This document shows, in pieces, positions 49,318 to 58,202 of a DNA stretch of 64,000 bases (positions are counted from its first letter, which is position 1; each line of letters opens with the position of its first letter). The position numbers were made by a program, and so were the translations under genes. Origin of the DNA: Promethearchaeota archaeon (GTDB lineage: Archaea; Asgardarchaeota; Lokiarchaeia; Sigyniarchaeales; SOKP01); NCBI GenBank assembly GCA_019057795.1, contig JAHLWS010000022.1, positions 13,729 through 77,728 of the forward strand, in the 5' to 3' direction. The notes under the pieces were generated by a model. The model ran no database searches. It was not told the origin of the DNA and saw only the letters and a program-made list of their open reading frames with translations.

Positions 49318-49415
49318 GAAAATTTAATTAGAAAACGGGGGGATGTTTTTTTTTATTCCCTCCAAAAAAACATTTACTTAGAATAAAATAATAAAATAAG
49401 AGTTGAAAAGAAAAA

Positions 49416-49658
49416 ATGAAAATAAAAAAATTAATATTAATGGTTATATGTTTTATTGGGTTAATAGGTTTATTTGGTTCTTTATCGTATAGTTTAATCA
49501 TAATTATAGTTATTTTTTCAGAAGGGATGATTTCGTTTATTGAACCAAATCTTTTAATGTTAACAGTAGAATTAATTATGATTATTATTAGTATTGTTAG
49601 TTTTCCAATTATTGTTTCTTCTACAGTAAAAAATATATTCTTTAAAAAAATTAATTAG
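49416..49658 (+). CDS. Small two-TM membrane protein (element)
   Basis: Two long hydrophobic stretches. Very AT-rich. Confidence 0.55.
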   Translation: MKIKKLILMVICFIGLIGLFGSLSYSLIIIIVIFSEGMISFIEPNLLMLTVELIMIIISIVSFPIIVSSTVKNIFFKKIN

Positions 49659-52211
49659 GTGAATTATGTTATTAAATATTATAATTACGAAGATTTAGGG
49701 ATAACGAGCGCTAAAAAACCGTTTAACACGCATTTATTTTGGCACCACGCAACTTATGGTTTTGTTATGGTAGATTCAGTAGATCAAACGGTTTTATTGT
49801 TTTCTACTAAAGCACGTCTATTAATTGACGGTTCCGATTGGGATACGGTAGATTTATCTGATAACACTAATTCCTATAAAATTCAGGCGGGTTGGTTAGA
49901 CGGAAACGATTTGTGGTTAGTTATGTGTGATAATCCAGGAGACGATTTTGGAGTATGCTACGTAGAATTAGACGATTCTAACGATTGTAATCCCGTAGGA
50001 ATTGGAGCAGGTGGGACTGCTGATGCAGGTACGGTTTACGCTTACGATATTTTTAAAATAGGAACGGATGTTTTTGTGTTAAATAATGAGGAAAGGACGA
50101 ATGTCCCAAAAATAGTAGTGTGGGATGTTGATACAGCTCCTTTTATTGAAAAAGACTCTTGGAATGGGGCAGATTGTACTTATAATCTTGGTCCTTATTC
50201 TTTTGTTGTTATTGTTGGGAATATAGTTTATTTTACGGTTGACATGATCGGTTGTAATTATGTTGGTATAATGACTTATAATCATACGACAACGACAATT
50301 ATAGCGCCGGTTGAATATACGGATGCAGGATATTCTCATCCGTCTTCAAGAAATCAACTTTCAATCGCTTACGACGGTTCTGATATTTTATATTTTATCG
50401 TAAAAAAAGACGCTGATTCTAAAAATTACCTTTATTCTTATGTTATCTCTACCAATACTTTAACCAAATTAGGCGAATATAACATTTGTTTACAATTGAA
50501 TCGTTCTACTGCTTCGGGCGTTATGGAAAAGGCGTTCCATTTAACCGAGCCGAGAGTGTACCAACTACACCCTTACGCGAAATACCAACTATATTACGTC
50601 GCCAATCTCGGATCGGGCAACGTAATAATCGCTATAACGGATAATTTCTTGATGCTTAACGGAGGAGAGATGTACGAGTATACCGACCACGCCAACAAAA
50701 TGGTAAAAGTGGAGTTCGTTCACGAGATTCAAGAAGCTTCCTACGGTTCTTTAGGCGTCGTTCGAAACGAGATAACGATCGAGAAGGGGATGTTTACGCA
50801 GATTATAGGGACTTTCACCACGAACGAGTTGGATCGGTTGTATAAGGGGACTTACAACTTTAGGGACGACGCTGTGGGCTCAGAACCTTCTGGATGGACT
50901 TCTAACAACGATGCGGATTGTACTACGACCATAATAGCGTCCAAAAGCGGTCATAAAAAGGTTTTACAACTTAGTGATCAGAGTGGTGTCGGAAAAACAG
51001 AAATTACGCAAACGTTTGTTGATGGTGCGCAAGTGAGCGATACTATTGAATTCTATTGGGAGACTTCAGATATATCAAAAAATAGTATTATATTTATTAA
51101 AAAAGGTGCCTCAGTAGGCGTTGCGTTATATATTAATAATTCTAAATTTCGATATTACGACGGGGCTTTTCAAGATTCAGGTGCCGTTCCTACTAATAAC
51201 GTTATATCTCGTCATAAGGTTGTATTTGATTGCGCTACGGATACTTTTGATTGGTATATAAACGGAGTTAAGGAAGTCGATGGTGGTGGTTTCTGGAACG
51301 TTCAAGACGATTTAGATAGAATAACTTTTCGAACTGTTGACATTGATACAGGATATACTACTCTCTTTGATGCTATTTCTTATTCTTGGGACGTTAATTA
51401 CAACGTAGGCGACAACCTTTCAGTGGAAGCCGGGGAAACCGACCAAGTAATTTTCGAGGGTATAGTGGTCGATTTCGACGGCGAACGGCTCCAAAAAGTC
51501 TGGTTAGAATCGCCCGCCAAGAAAGAACTCGAAAGAAAGCCAAGGGGCGATTTCTCGGGCAGGTCGGACGAGATCATGGCTTCGTTAGTTTCTACCTATT
51601 GCAAGTATATTACCGTAGGAACGCTTTCGAGCGGGACGGCGATGGGTACGATAACTTTCGCGGGAGACAAAACTCTACAAACCATATTTAACGAGTTATC
51701 CCTGTTCGAGAAATGGAAGTGGAAGTTAGACCCTCAAGGAAGGCTATTCTTTAACGATTGTACGATCGACACTTTAGTCGATTTGAGCAAAACGGATAAA
51801 ATATGGAGGGTTAAAACGGGCGAGGTTAGAGAACCTTACAATTACTTTTACCTAAAAGGGGCGATACTTTCAAATGGTCAGTTAGTAAAGGAAATCAAAG
51901 AAGCAGACGACCTCGCGTCCCAACAACAGTTCGGATACAATCCTTTCGAAGAAACTTTCGCTTCTTTTAACGCCCAAGGGATTTTAAACCAATTAGCAAC
52001 CAATATAAAAGCTAAGCTAAAAGAAACGCCTTTAATGGTCGAGTTTTGGCACTACGACGCGGACTTAGGTATGCTTGCTATAATGGAAACGATAACATTC
52101 GTTTACGACACGACCAACGTAAACGTTGCTTCAGATCAATTTCTAATCAATAGGGTATTGTTTAAAGACGGAAAATATGGAGGTTATACCATTGCCGACG
52201 AACTCGTCTAA
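49659..52211 (+). CDS. Tail-tip/baseplate hub-like protein with N-terminal beta-rich region and inserted ConA/LamG-like domain
   Basis: VIFEGIVVD...L...EKWKWKLDPQGRLFF resembles phage hub proteins. The insert YKGTYNF.DD..GSEPSGW...GHKKVL...FDWYING...FDAISYSWD.NYNVGDN looks like a lectin beta-sandwich. Assigned by eye. Confidence 0.6.
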   Translation: MNYVIKYYNYEDLGITSAKKPFNTHLFWHHATYGFVMVDSVDQTVLLFSTKARLLIDGSDWDTVDLSDNTNSYKIQAGWLDGNDLWLVMCDNPGDDFGVCYVELDDSNDCNPVGIGAGGTADAGTVYAYDIFKIGTDVFVLNNEERTNVPKIVVWDVDTAPFIEKDSWNGADCTYNLGPYSFVVIVGNIVYFTVDMIGCNYVGIMTYNHTTTTIIAPVEYTDAGYSHPSSRNQLSIAYDGSDILYFIVKKDADSKNYLYSYVISTNTLTKLGEYNICLQLNRSTASGVMEKAFHLTEPRVYQLHPYAKYQLYYVANLGSGNVIIAITDNFLMLNGGEMYEYTDHANKMVKVEFVHEIQEASYGSLGVVRNEITIEKGMFTQIIGTFTTNELDRLYKGTYNFRDDAVGSEPSGWTSNNDADCTTTIIASKSGHKKVLQLSDQSGVGKTEITQTFVDGAQVSDTIEFYWETSDISKNSIIFIKKGASVGVALYINNSKFRYYDGAFQDSGAVPTNNVISRHKVVFDCATDTFDWYINGVKEVDGGGFWNVQDDLDRITFRTVDIDTGYTTLFDAISYSWDVNYNVGDNLSVEAGETDQVIFEGIVVDFDGERLQKVWLESPAKKELERKPRGDFSGRSDEIMASLVSTYCKYITVGTLSSGTAMGTITFAGDKTLQTIFNELSLFEKWKWKLDPQGRLFFNDCTIDTLVDLSKTDKIWRVKTGEVREPYNYFYLKGAILSNGQLVKEIKEADDLASQQQFGYNPFEETFASFNAQGILNQLATNIKAKLKETPLMVEFWHYDADLGMLAIMETITFVYDTTNVNVASDQFLINRVLFKDGKYGGYTIADELV

Positions 52212-52707
52212 AAGAGATATTTTACCTAAAAAAGAAAAGAAATTAGACCAGGAAAATTCTCAACTAATTCAACAAATAGCTACAAATATAAATGTTTTTA
52301 CATCGTTCCCGATAGGAGCAAAAATAGATTATTTCGGAACGGGAATTAAAGGAACGATAACAACGAGAGATTACGAGATTTCAATAGCAAACGGAGACGA
52401 TTTCGACATGAAAGGCTGGTTCGTAGCTAACGGTCAAGAGTCTACGCCTGATTGTATTGATAAATTCGTTAGAAACGAGGCTATTTCGGGAGTAGGTGGT
52501 GGCTCTGACGACGCAGTAGTGGTTGCTCACACTCATAATACTGCGACTTATATTAATGGTTTGGCTGGTGATGAGCCTGTTCTTACCTATGCGGGTAGAG
52601 CTTCGCCAGTTTGGCGTGCTGATATAATACAATCTACTGGTGAATCTGGCGTAGGAAAAAACGTACCAGCAAAAATAAGCGCGATACCGATTATTAGAAT
52701 GAGTTAG
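52177..52707 (+). CDS. Tail fibre / tail-collar domain protein
   Basis: PIGAKIDYFG...GWFVANGQESTPD..DKFVR...GGSDDAVVVAHTH...N.P.......IIR matches the phage tail-collar and fibre-tip pattern. The start may be TTG 52192, after GGAGGT. Confidence 0.75.
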   Translation: MEVIPLPTNSSKRDILPKKEKKLDQENSQLIQQIATNINVFTSFPIGAKIDYFGTGIKGTITTRDYEISIANGDDFDMKGWFVANGQESTPDCIDKFVRNEAISGVGGGSDDAVVVAHTHNTATYINGLAGDEPVLTYAGRASPVWRADIIQSTGESGVGKNVPAKISAIPIIRMS

Positions 52708-52803
52708 AATAGAATTAGAGGCTCGAATTTTAAAATTGGAAATAACTAAAGCTTAAAAAATTTTAAAAATCAAATTAAACGAAGAAAGAGGTGAAAAAAT
52801 AGA

Positions 52804-53172
52804 ATGATGAATAGTATAACCGAAGAAAAAAAAGAAAATCAACTAAATTACGATTTTTATTTGAAAACGATTCACGAAGCGATTCGTGAAGAGACAAAAA
52901 ATCATCTAACGTACCTTAATAAAATTATCGTTGAAAAACAAGAAAATAAAGATTATTTACAGAGACTTTCTTCCTTTGAAGTAATTTTGAAAAAATCCCA
53001 CGAGGAAATACGCCTGGAAGACGTTATTTCAAAAGAATTAGAAAAAGTAGAAAACGTTTTAAGAGACGCAATAGAAGTCCGAGAGTCTTATTTCGAGGCG
53101 ATAAAAAAAACCATGGGCCGATTAAAAAAAACCATAGGTTATTTAAACGAAGAAATCAACGCAAACCATTAA
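52804..53172 (+). CDS. Coiled-coil hypothetical protein (last gene of the element)
   Basis: 122-aa ORF, SD GAGGTGA. Confidence 0.65.
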   Translation: MMNSITEEKKENQLNYDFYLKTIHEAIREETKNHLTYLNKIIVEKQENKDYLQRLSSFEVILKKSHEEIRLEDVISKELEKVENVLRDAIEVRESYFEAIKKTMGRLKKTIGYLNEEINANH

Positions 53173-53338
53173 ATAATTTACTTTCTTTTTCTATTTTTAA
53201 TAGCGCGGTATTAAAGTAAAAAAATAGTTAATTTTTAGGGTTAAATCGTATATAAAAAAAGATTAAAAATTAAAATCGTTATTTTACCTGGACCTAAAAT
53301 TTTCTTAAAAACTTCATAATCTTATCATTTTCAAAACT

Positions 53339-53352
53339 TAAAAGAAACGTTT
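53339..53352 (+). repeat. Candidate attR (14-bp direct repeat TAAAAGAAACGTTT)
   Basis: Identical to 36911-36924, and ends 16 bp upstream of the inferred alaX start. Confidence 0.45.
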
Positions 53353-53368
53353 CACGAAGTGAAAAAAA

Positions 53369-54523
53369 CTGACTGAAAAATTATACTGGAAAACTCCTTA
53401 CGAAACATCGTTTCAAGCAAAAGTTATTGGTGTGAAAGGAGAAGGAGTAATCTTAGACAGAACTCTCTTTTATCCCCAAGGTGGAGGACAGGTAAGCGAT
53501 AAAGGAAAGTTAGATAAAGAAGGGTTGATCCTAAAGGTTGAAACGGTCTCTAAAGAGGGAAATGATATTATACATCATATCTCCTCTAATGTCGAGAGTA
53601 AAATAAAAATAGGGGATATTGTCACTGGAGAAATCGACTGGAATTATAGATATGGCGTGATGAGAGCACATTCGGCCCAACACATATTATCAGCTCTTAT
53701 TAAAAACAAATTTAATATCGATACAGCTCACGCAAATATTTCGTTTGAAGATGTTTCACTTCAAATTGCCCAAGATATCAACGATATTCAATTTAAGGAA
53801 GTAATACACGAATTCAATAGGGTTTGCACCATTGAAAATCATAAGTTTCACACGACTCTTATCCAAAGTGACGAAATTAAAAACTTCACGGAAAATATTC
53901 GAGGAAAGATTCCAGAACAAGGTGAAATTAGATTAGTAGAACTTAAAAACTACGATTTAATCTGTTGTGGTGGGACTCATGTTAAAAACTCCACGGAGAT
54001 CGGACCGATTTTCGTTTATGAATTTAATAAAGGGAGGAATATTAAGTTTAAAGTCGGATTAAACTCTATAAATCAGTTTTCAGCTGATAATATCGATATT
54101 TTACGCTATGCTCAACTGTTAAATATCCCCGCTTCAGAAATATTACAAAATTTTCAGATGCAATTAGATAAAAAAACAACTCTTCAACAAAATTACATCA
54201 ATCTAGCCAACATTGCATTAGAATTTGTTTCACTACATCCCATTACAATAATAAAAAATGTTAAAGTAGGACTTTTAGAATTAAATTTGGAATATAAAAT
54301 CATTCACAAACAATTCAAAGAATTTCCAGTAGATTATCTTCTAATTATAAAACAGGAAAATAACAAAATACTAGTTCTTTCAAATACCGAAAAAGTAAAA
54401 GCCAACGAGGTTCTAGAAACTTTACTGAAAAGATATGGTGGAAAGGGTGGAGGCAACCCTCATTCTGCTCAAGGAACATTAAACGAAGAACCAGAAGAGC
54501 TTTTATCAGATTTAGGTTTTTAA
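53369..54523 (+). CDS. alaX: AlaX alanyl-tRNA editing protein with DHHA1 domain, CTG start
   Basis: (L)TEKLYWKTPYETSFQAKV...LDRTLFYPQGGGQ..D, HSAQH, CGGTHV, GGKGGG. An in-frame TGA at 53360 leaves CTG 53369 as the only start that includes TEKLY. Confidence 0.9.
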   Translation: MTEKLYWKTPYETSFQAKVIGVKGEGVILDRTLFYPQGGGQVSDKGKLDKEGLILKVETVSKEGNDIIHHISSNVESKIKIGDIVTGEIDWNYRYGVMRAHSAQHILSALIKNKFNIDTAHANISFEDVSLQIAQDINDIQFKEVIHEFNRVCTIENHKFHTTLIQSDEIKNFTENIRGKIPEQGEIRLVELKNYDLICCGGTHVKNSTEIGPIFVYEFNKGRNIKFKVGLNSINQFSADNIDILRYAQLLNIPASEILQNFQMQLDKKTTLQQNYINLANIALEFVSLHPITIIKNVKVGLLELNLEYKIIHKQFKEFPVDYLLIIKQENNKILVLSNTEKVKANEVLETLLKRYGGKGGGNPHSAQGTLNEEPEELLSDLGF

Positions 54524-54745
54524 TTGTTTCATAGCTTCATCTATAGCCAAATCTTTTAATTCATTAGCCTTTTCGTAATGTTCCTTACAAAACCATTCAG
54601 CGTAAGGGGGATGTCCGACCATTCCTTTTTCTTCCATCCTTTTATCCCATTTTTTATCTGAGGCCCTTTTTTCAAAATAAATTAAACCTCCTTCATCAGG
54701 ATAATCAAGTCTTTTATCGCATATACAACAAACTGGGGGCTTCAT
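54512..54745 (-). CDS. Small zinc-binding protein
   Basis: CCICD...GHPP..EWFCKEH. Confidence 0.7.
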   Translation of the reverse strand: MKPPVCCICDKRLDYPDEGGLIYFEKRASDKKWDKRMEEKGMVGHPPYAEWFCKEHYEKANELKDLAIDEAMKQLKT

Positions 54746-54847
54746 TTTAAATTATAAAATTATTTTAATTTTGTATCAAATTTATTTGAAAAAAGTCATT
54801 ATTGATATTAATTTATTTTGAAATCATAATCAAGTGAATGATGTAGA

Positions 54848-56815
54848 ATGGACATCGAAAAATTCCTTAACGATATTCTAGATGTAATAAATGGGCAAAA
54901 AGCATGGGATTGGGTAGCTAAAATTTCCCAGTATAATCGAATTCAAGCATCTAATGGATATCATGATAGTCTTGAGACAGTTAAAGAAGAATTAGTGAAA
55001 ATGGGATATAACGATATAGAGCATTTTAAGTCACCTGCTGACGGCAAAACAACTAATTGGGGTTATGAAGCTCCTTATCAATGGGAAATTGAATCAGGAG
55101 AGTTGTGGATCACAGAGCCAGAAAAAGTTAAACTCTGCGATTTTGATGATATACCAACTTCAATAATTACTCACTCAAAATCATGCGATGTGCTTGCTGA
55201 AGTTGTGGATATCGGTAAGGGTGATAAACAAGAGGATTATGAGAAATATAATATTGATGGAAAAATCATATTAATGTCGAGCTCAACTTACATGTATCAT
55301 GCATATATCGAAAATTCCGGAGCACTTGGAGTGATCTATTATCCAGATTTGAAGAGAACCAGAGATAATTTTGATCGCCGTATATATAATAGCTTTTTCA
55401 CCTCAAAAAAAAGAATGCAGAATGCAAAATTCGGATTTAGTATTTCATTTAATCAAGCAATGCATTTAAAAGAATTATTAAAGAAAGGATCTGTCAAAAT
55501 ACATGCAAAAATAGCTTCTGAATTTTTGAATGGTAATCTGGAGGTATTAACGATTAATATAAAGGGGAAGGATTATCCTGAACAAGAAATAATTATTATT
55601 TCACATTTATGCCATCCTCGTCCTAGTGCTAACGATAATGCGAGTGGAGCGGCTGGCTTGTTGGAATTAGCAAGAGCTCTCAAATATTCAATAGATAAAA
55701 AGATCTTAGAAATACCAAAACGAACAATAAGATTTGTATGGGTACCAGAATTCAATGGAACTATACCTTGGATGAAATATCATGAAAACAAAATGAAGAA
55801 TGTATTAACTTGTATAAATTTAGATATGATAGGAGAACATCCTTTAAAGATTGGATATCCTATGATTGTAAACCTAACTCCACGTTCTACACCTTCAATC
55901 CTAAATGATATATCAACTTATTTTATTGAAAATATTGCCGATCATCCTAAAGGGATTGCCATTAATGGGACTAAAATACCGATGTCCTATCGTATTAAAA
56001 GTTTTGATGGGGGAAGCGATCATATTCTATTTATAGACGCCTACTTTGGTATTCCCTCCCTCATGTTTGGTCATGAGGATAATCATTACCATTCCTCTAT
56101 GGATACTGTAGAGTATTGTGATTCAACTGAATTAAAAAGAGTCATTTCAATGGCTATGACCATCTCTTATATTCTTGCAATTCAAGATAAGGATATTACA
56201 GAACAGTTATGGCCTTACATTCATCAAGGAATTCTCAATAGGTTTGCCACCTTGATTAAAATCTTAGAAGAACTATCTCTCATTATTAAATCTTCTATCA
56301 ATCAATCAAATGGAGAGTTAAGCGAACTCTTCTTATTAGGAGAAGAATTATTCAACACCTATTTGGATTATGAATTAGAATCATTAGAGTGGATTAAGAA
56401 AGTTGATATATCCACTAGTACTGTTTCTTTGATTGAATTAACTAAGGATGAAATAAAACAATTCGTTGAAATTCAGAGAATAATATGGAGTAAGCAAATA
56501 AAAGGTGTGATCATAGATAATACTAGCGTTTCAGCTCGATTTAGAGAGACTTATCAAGCAAACTTCGAAGGACCCCTTCTTGTAGATTACTTATTTAAAT
56601 TATATAAAATACCCCTTTTCAAAGAATTTATAGAGAAAATGAAGTATGAATATTTTGGCCCACTCAATGAATTGATCAATTTAATCTGTAAAGGTAACGA
56701 TATTTTGAGGGTAGCAAGTTCTCTTTCTTTAGATTATAAGGAAATTGTAACCCCTAGCAAGATATTGGAATTAATAAATTATCTAGAAGATGAAAAATTG
56801 ATAAAGAGAATATAG
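54848..56815 (+). CDS. M28-like aminopeptidase (DUF4910 family) with PA domain
   Basis: HLCHP...ANDNASG, VPE..G, NLDMIG, GSDH, YHSSMD. Confidence 0.85.
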   Translation: MDIEKFLNDILDVINGQKAWDWVAKISQYNRIQASNGYHDSLETVKEELVKMGYNDIEHFKSPADGKTTNWGYEAPYQWEIESGELWITEPEKVKLCDFDDIPTSIITHSKSCDVLAEVVDIGKGDKQEDYEKYNIDGKIILMSSSTYMYHAYIENSGALGVIYYPDLKRTRDNFDRRIYNSFFTSKKRMQNAKFGFSISFNQAMHLKELLKKGSVKIHAKIASEFLNGNLEVLTINIKGKDYPEQEIIIISHLCHPRPSANDNASGAAGLLELARALKYSIDKKILEIPKRTIRFVWVPEFNGTIPWMKYHENKMKNVLTCINLDMIGEHPLKIGYPMIVNLTPRSTPSILNDISTYFIENIADHPKGIAINGTKIPMSYRIKSFDGGSDHILFIDAYFGIPSLMFGHEDNHYHSSMDTVEYCDSTELKRVISMAMTISYILAIQDKDITEQLWPYIHQGILNRFATLIKILEELSLIIKSSINQSNGELSELFLLGEELFNTYLDYELESLEWIKKVDISTSTVSLIELTKDEIKQFVEIQRIIWSKQIKGVIIDNTSVSARFRETYQANFEGPLLVDYLFKLYKIPLFKEFIEKMKYEYFGPLNELINLICKGNDILRVASSLSLDYKEIVTPSKILELINYLEDEKLIKRI

Positions 56816-56832
56816 ATATCTTCTAATATTCA

Positions 56833-58137
56833 TTATTCTATATTTATATTATCCCGATTAATTTTTAGCATTTCTTCAAACATATCTTGCGCATTTGAAG
56901 CATTATCTATCGTTGGATCTAATAAAAGTGCTTGGAAAGCTAAATCTTTCGATTTTTTAAGAATTGCCTCCACTAATAGATCTTGAACAGAAGCTTGATT
57001 GCGTAAGAGTGCTGCCAGCCCTATAGGATAATCTCCAAGTTTGATTGCTTCTAATCCATGCTTATTCACAATCGCTGGACATTCTACTACCAAATCTAGA
57101 GGTATATTTGTAATTATGCCATCATTAGGTAAATTTACTGAAGCTTCTTCATGACCAGAATCAGTTAACATACCTTCAATAATAGGAATTGCCCGTTCAA
57201 CATCAGGCTTTACAAGACGTGCTCCTTTTCCTTTCTTAATTAATTTTAGAATTTTTTTTCCCGCAGCTAATGTATAATCTTTATAAGTATTATAAAAGAA
57301 TCGTACTCCGTCAAAATCAGCTTTTTCCCATCCCCAAGAAATATATTCGCCGTAGTGAGAGTCCGGGGTATAAGGAATGTATCCAAATTTCTCAAGGATA
57401 TAAGCATTAAGGTCAAAGTCACACATAAAACCATCTAATTTTTTAAGGTAAGGCGGTCCCTTTTTTCGAATGTCAGGGTAAGCATCTTTATTTGTATCGA
57501 TGTACTTTATGGAAAGAATAACACCAAAATGATTTAGTCCTCCTGCCTTTATGTCTAAATTTGAAAGCGGTGTGTTGAGAATTCGGGAAATATGAAATAT
57601 AAAATGGTGAAATTCATGGCAAAGCCCTACAAATTTCAACATAGGAAACTTTCGTTTTATTGCTAGACAAATCCTACTCATTGGATTTGAATAATTAATA
57701 AAGAGGGCATTGGGGCAAATCTTTTCTACATCCTCGCAGATTTCAAGGATGGGTGGAATAACCCTAAGTGAATGAAAAAGGCCTCCTGGTCCACCATTTT
57801 CTCCCATAATTTGCTTATTACCATATTTACGAGGAGTTTCGTAATCTAAATCAAACAAATCGAATCTAGGAGTTACTTCAATGGAATTGATTATAAATGT
57901 AGCATCTTTCAAGGCTTCCCTGCGGTTTATAGTTGATTCTAATGTGAAGTTTAAATTTTTTTGATCGATAGCGTCTTTACAAGCCTGGTAAGCTAAATCT
58001 AGCGTTGTGGGATTTAAATCGTGTAAGGAGATTGTTGCTCCTTCTAAAACTTCGCTATTTAATATACTACCAACAGATCCTAGCCCAAATTGCAAAGATC
58101 CAGCTCCAATTAGAACAATTTTTTCTTTTTTAACCAT
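56833..58137 (-). CDS. Family 4 glycoside hydrolase (NAD-dependent alpha-glucosidase/galactosidase)
   Basis: IGAGS..F, GENGGPGG, NYSNPM, GLCH, GLNHF. Confidence 0.92.
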   Translation of the reverse strand: MVKKEKIVLIGAGSLQFGLGSVGSILNSEVLEGATISLHDLNPTTLDLAYQACKDAIDQKNLNFTLESTINRREALKDATFIINSIEVTPRFDLFDLDYETPRKYGNKQIMGENGGPGGLFHSLRVIPPILEICEDVEKICPNALFINYSNPMSRICLAIKRKFPMLKFVGLCHEFHHFIFHISRILNTPLSNLDIKAGGLNHFGVILSIKYIDTNKDAYPDIRKKGPPYLKKLDGFMCDFDLNAYILEKFGYIPYTPDSHYGEYISWGWEKADFDGVRFFYNTYKDYTLAAGKKILKLIKKGKGARLVKPDVERAIPIIEGMLTDSGHEEASVNLPNDGIITNIPLDLVVECPAIVNKHGLEAIKLGDYPIGLAALLRNQASVQDLLVEAILKKSKDLAFQALLLDPTIDNASNAQDMFEEMLKINRDNINIE

Positions 58138-58202
58138 TTTTTTCTTACCGTTATTTCATTTTTGTTTCATTGAATAGTAATTTTAAGTAAAATGTAAAAA
58201 TA

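Larger units (their letters stand above)
36911..53352. mobile_element. Integrated virus-related element (candidate satellite or defective provirus), about 16.4 kb. The left edge may extend to about 35.0 kb.
   Basis: Integrase, Prim-Pol/SF3 helicase, iteron-like ori, many short coupled ORFs, tail-hub and tail-collar genes. Visibly CpG-rich relative to the flanks. Confidence 0.85.

Noticed and set aside
49659-53172. Diversity-generating retroelement acting on the tail fibre
   Set aside because: There is no reverse transcriptase, and I saw no template/variable repeat pair with adenine-specific mismatches.
36911-53352. Complete autonomous tailed provirus
   Set aside because: No terminase, portal, major capsid, tail tube or tape measure is recognisable. 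It remains possible only if the unknown ORFs are highly divergent.
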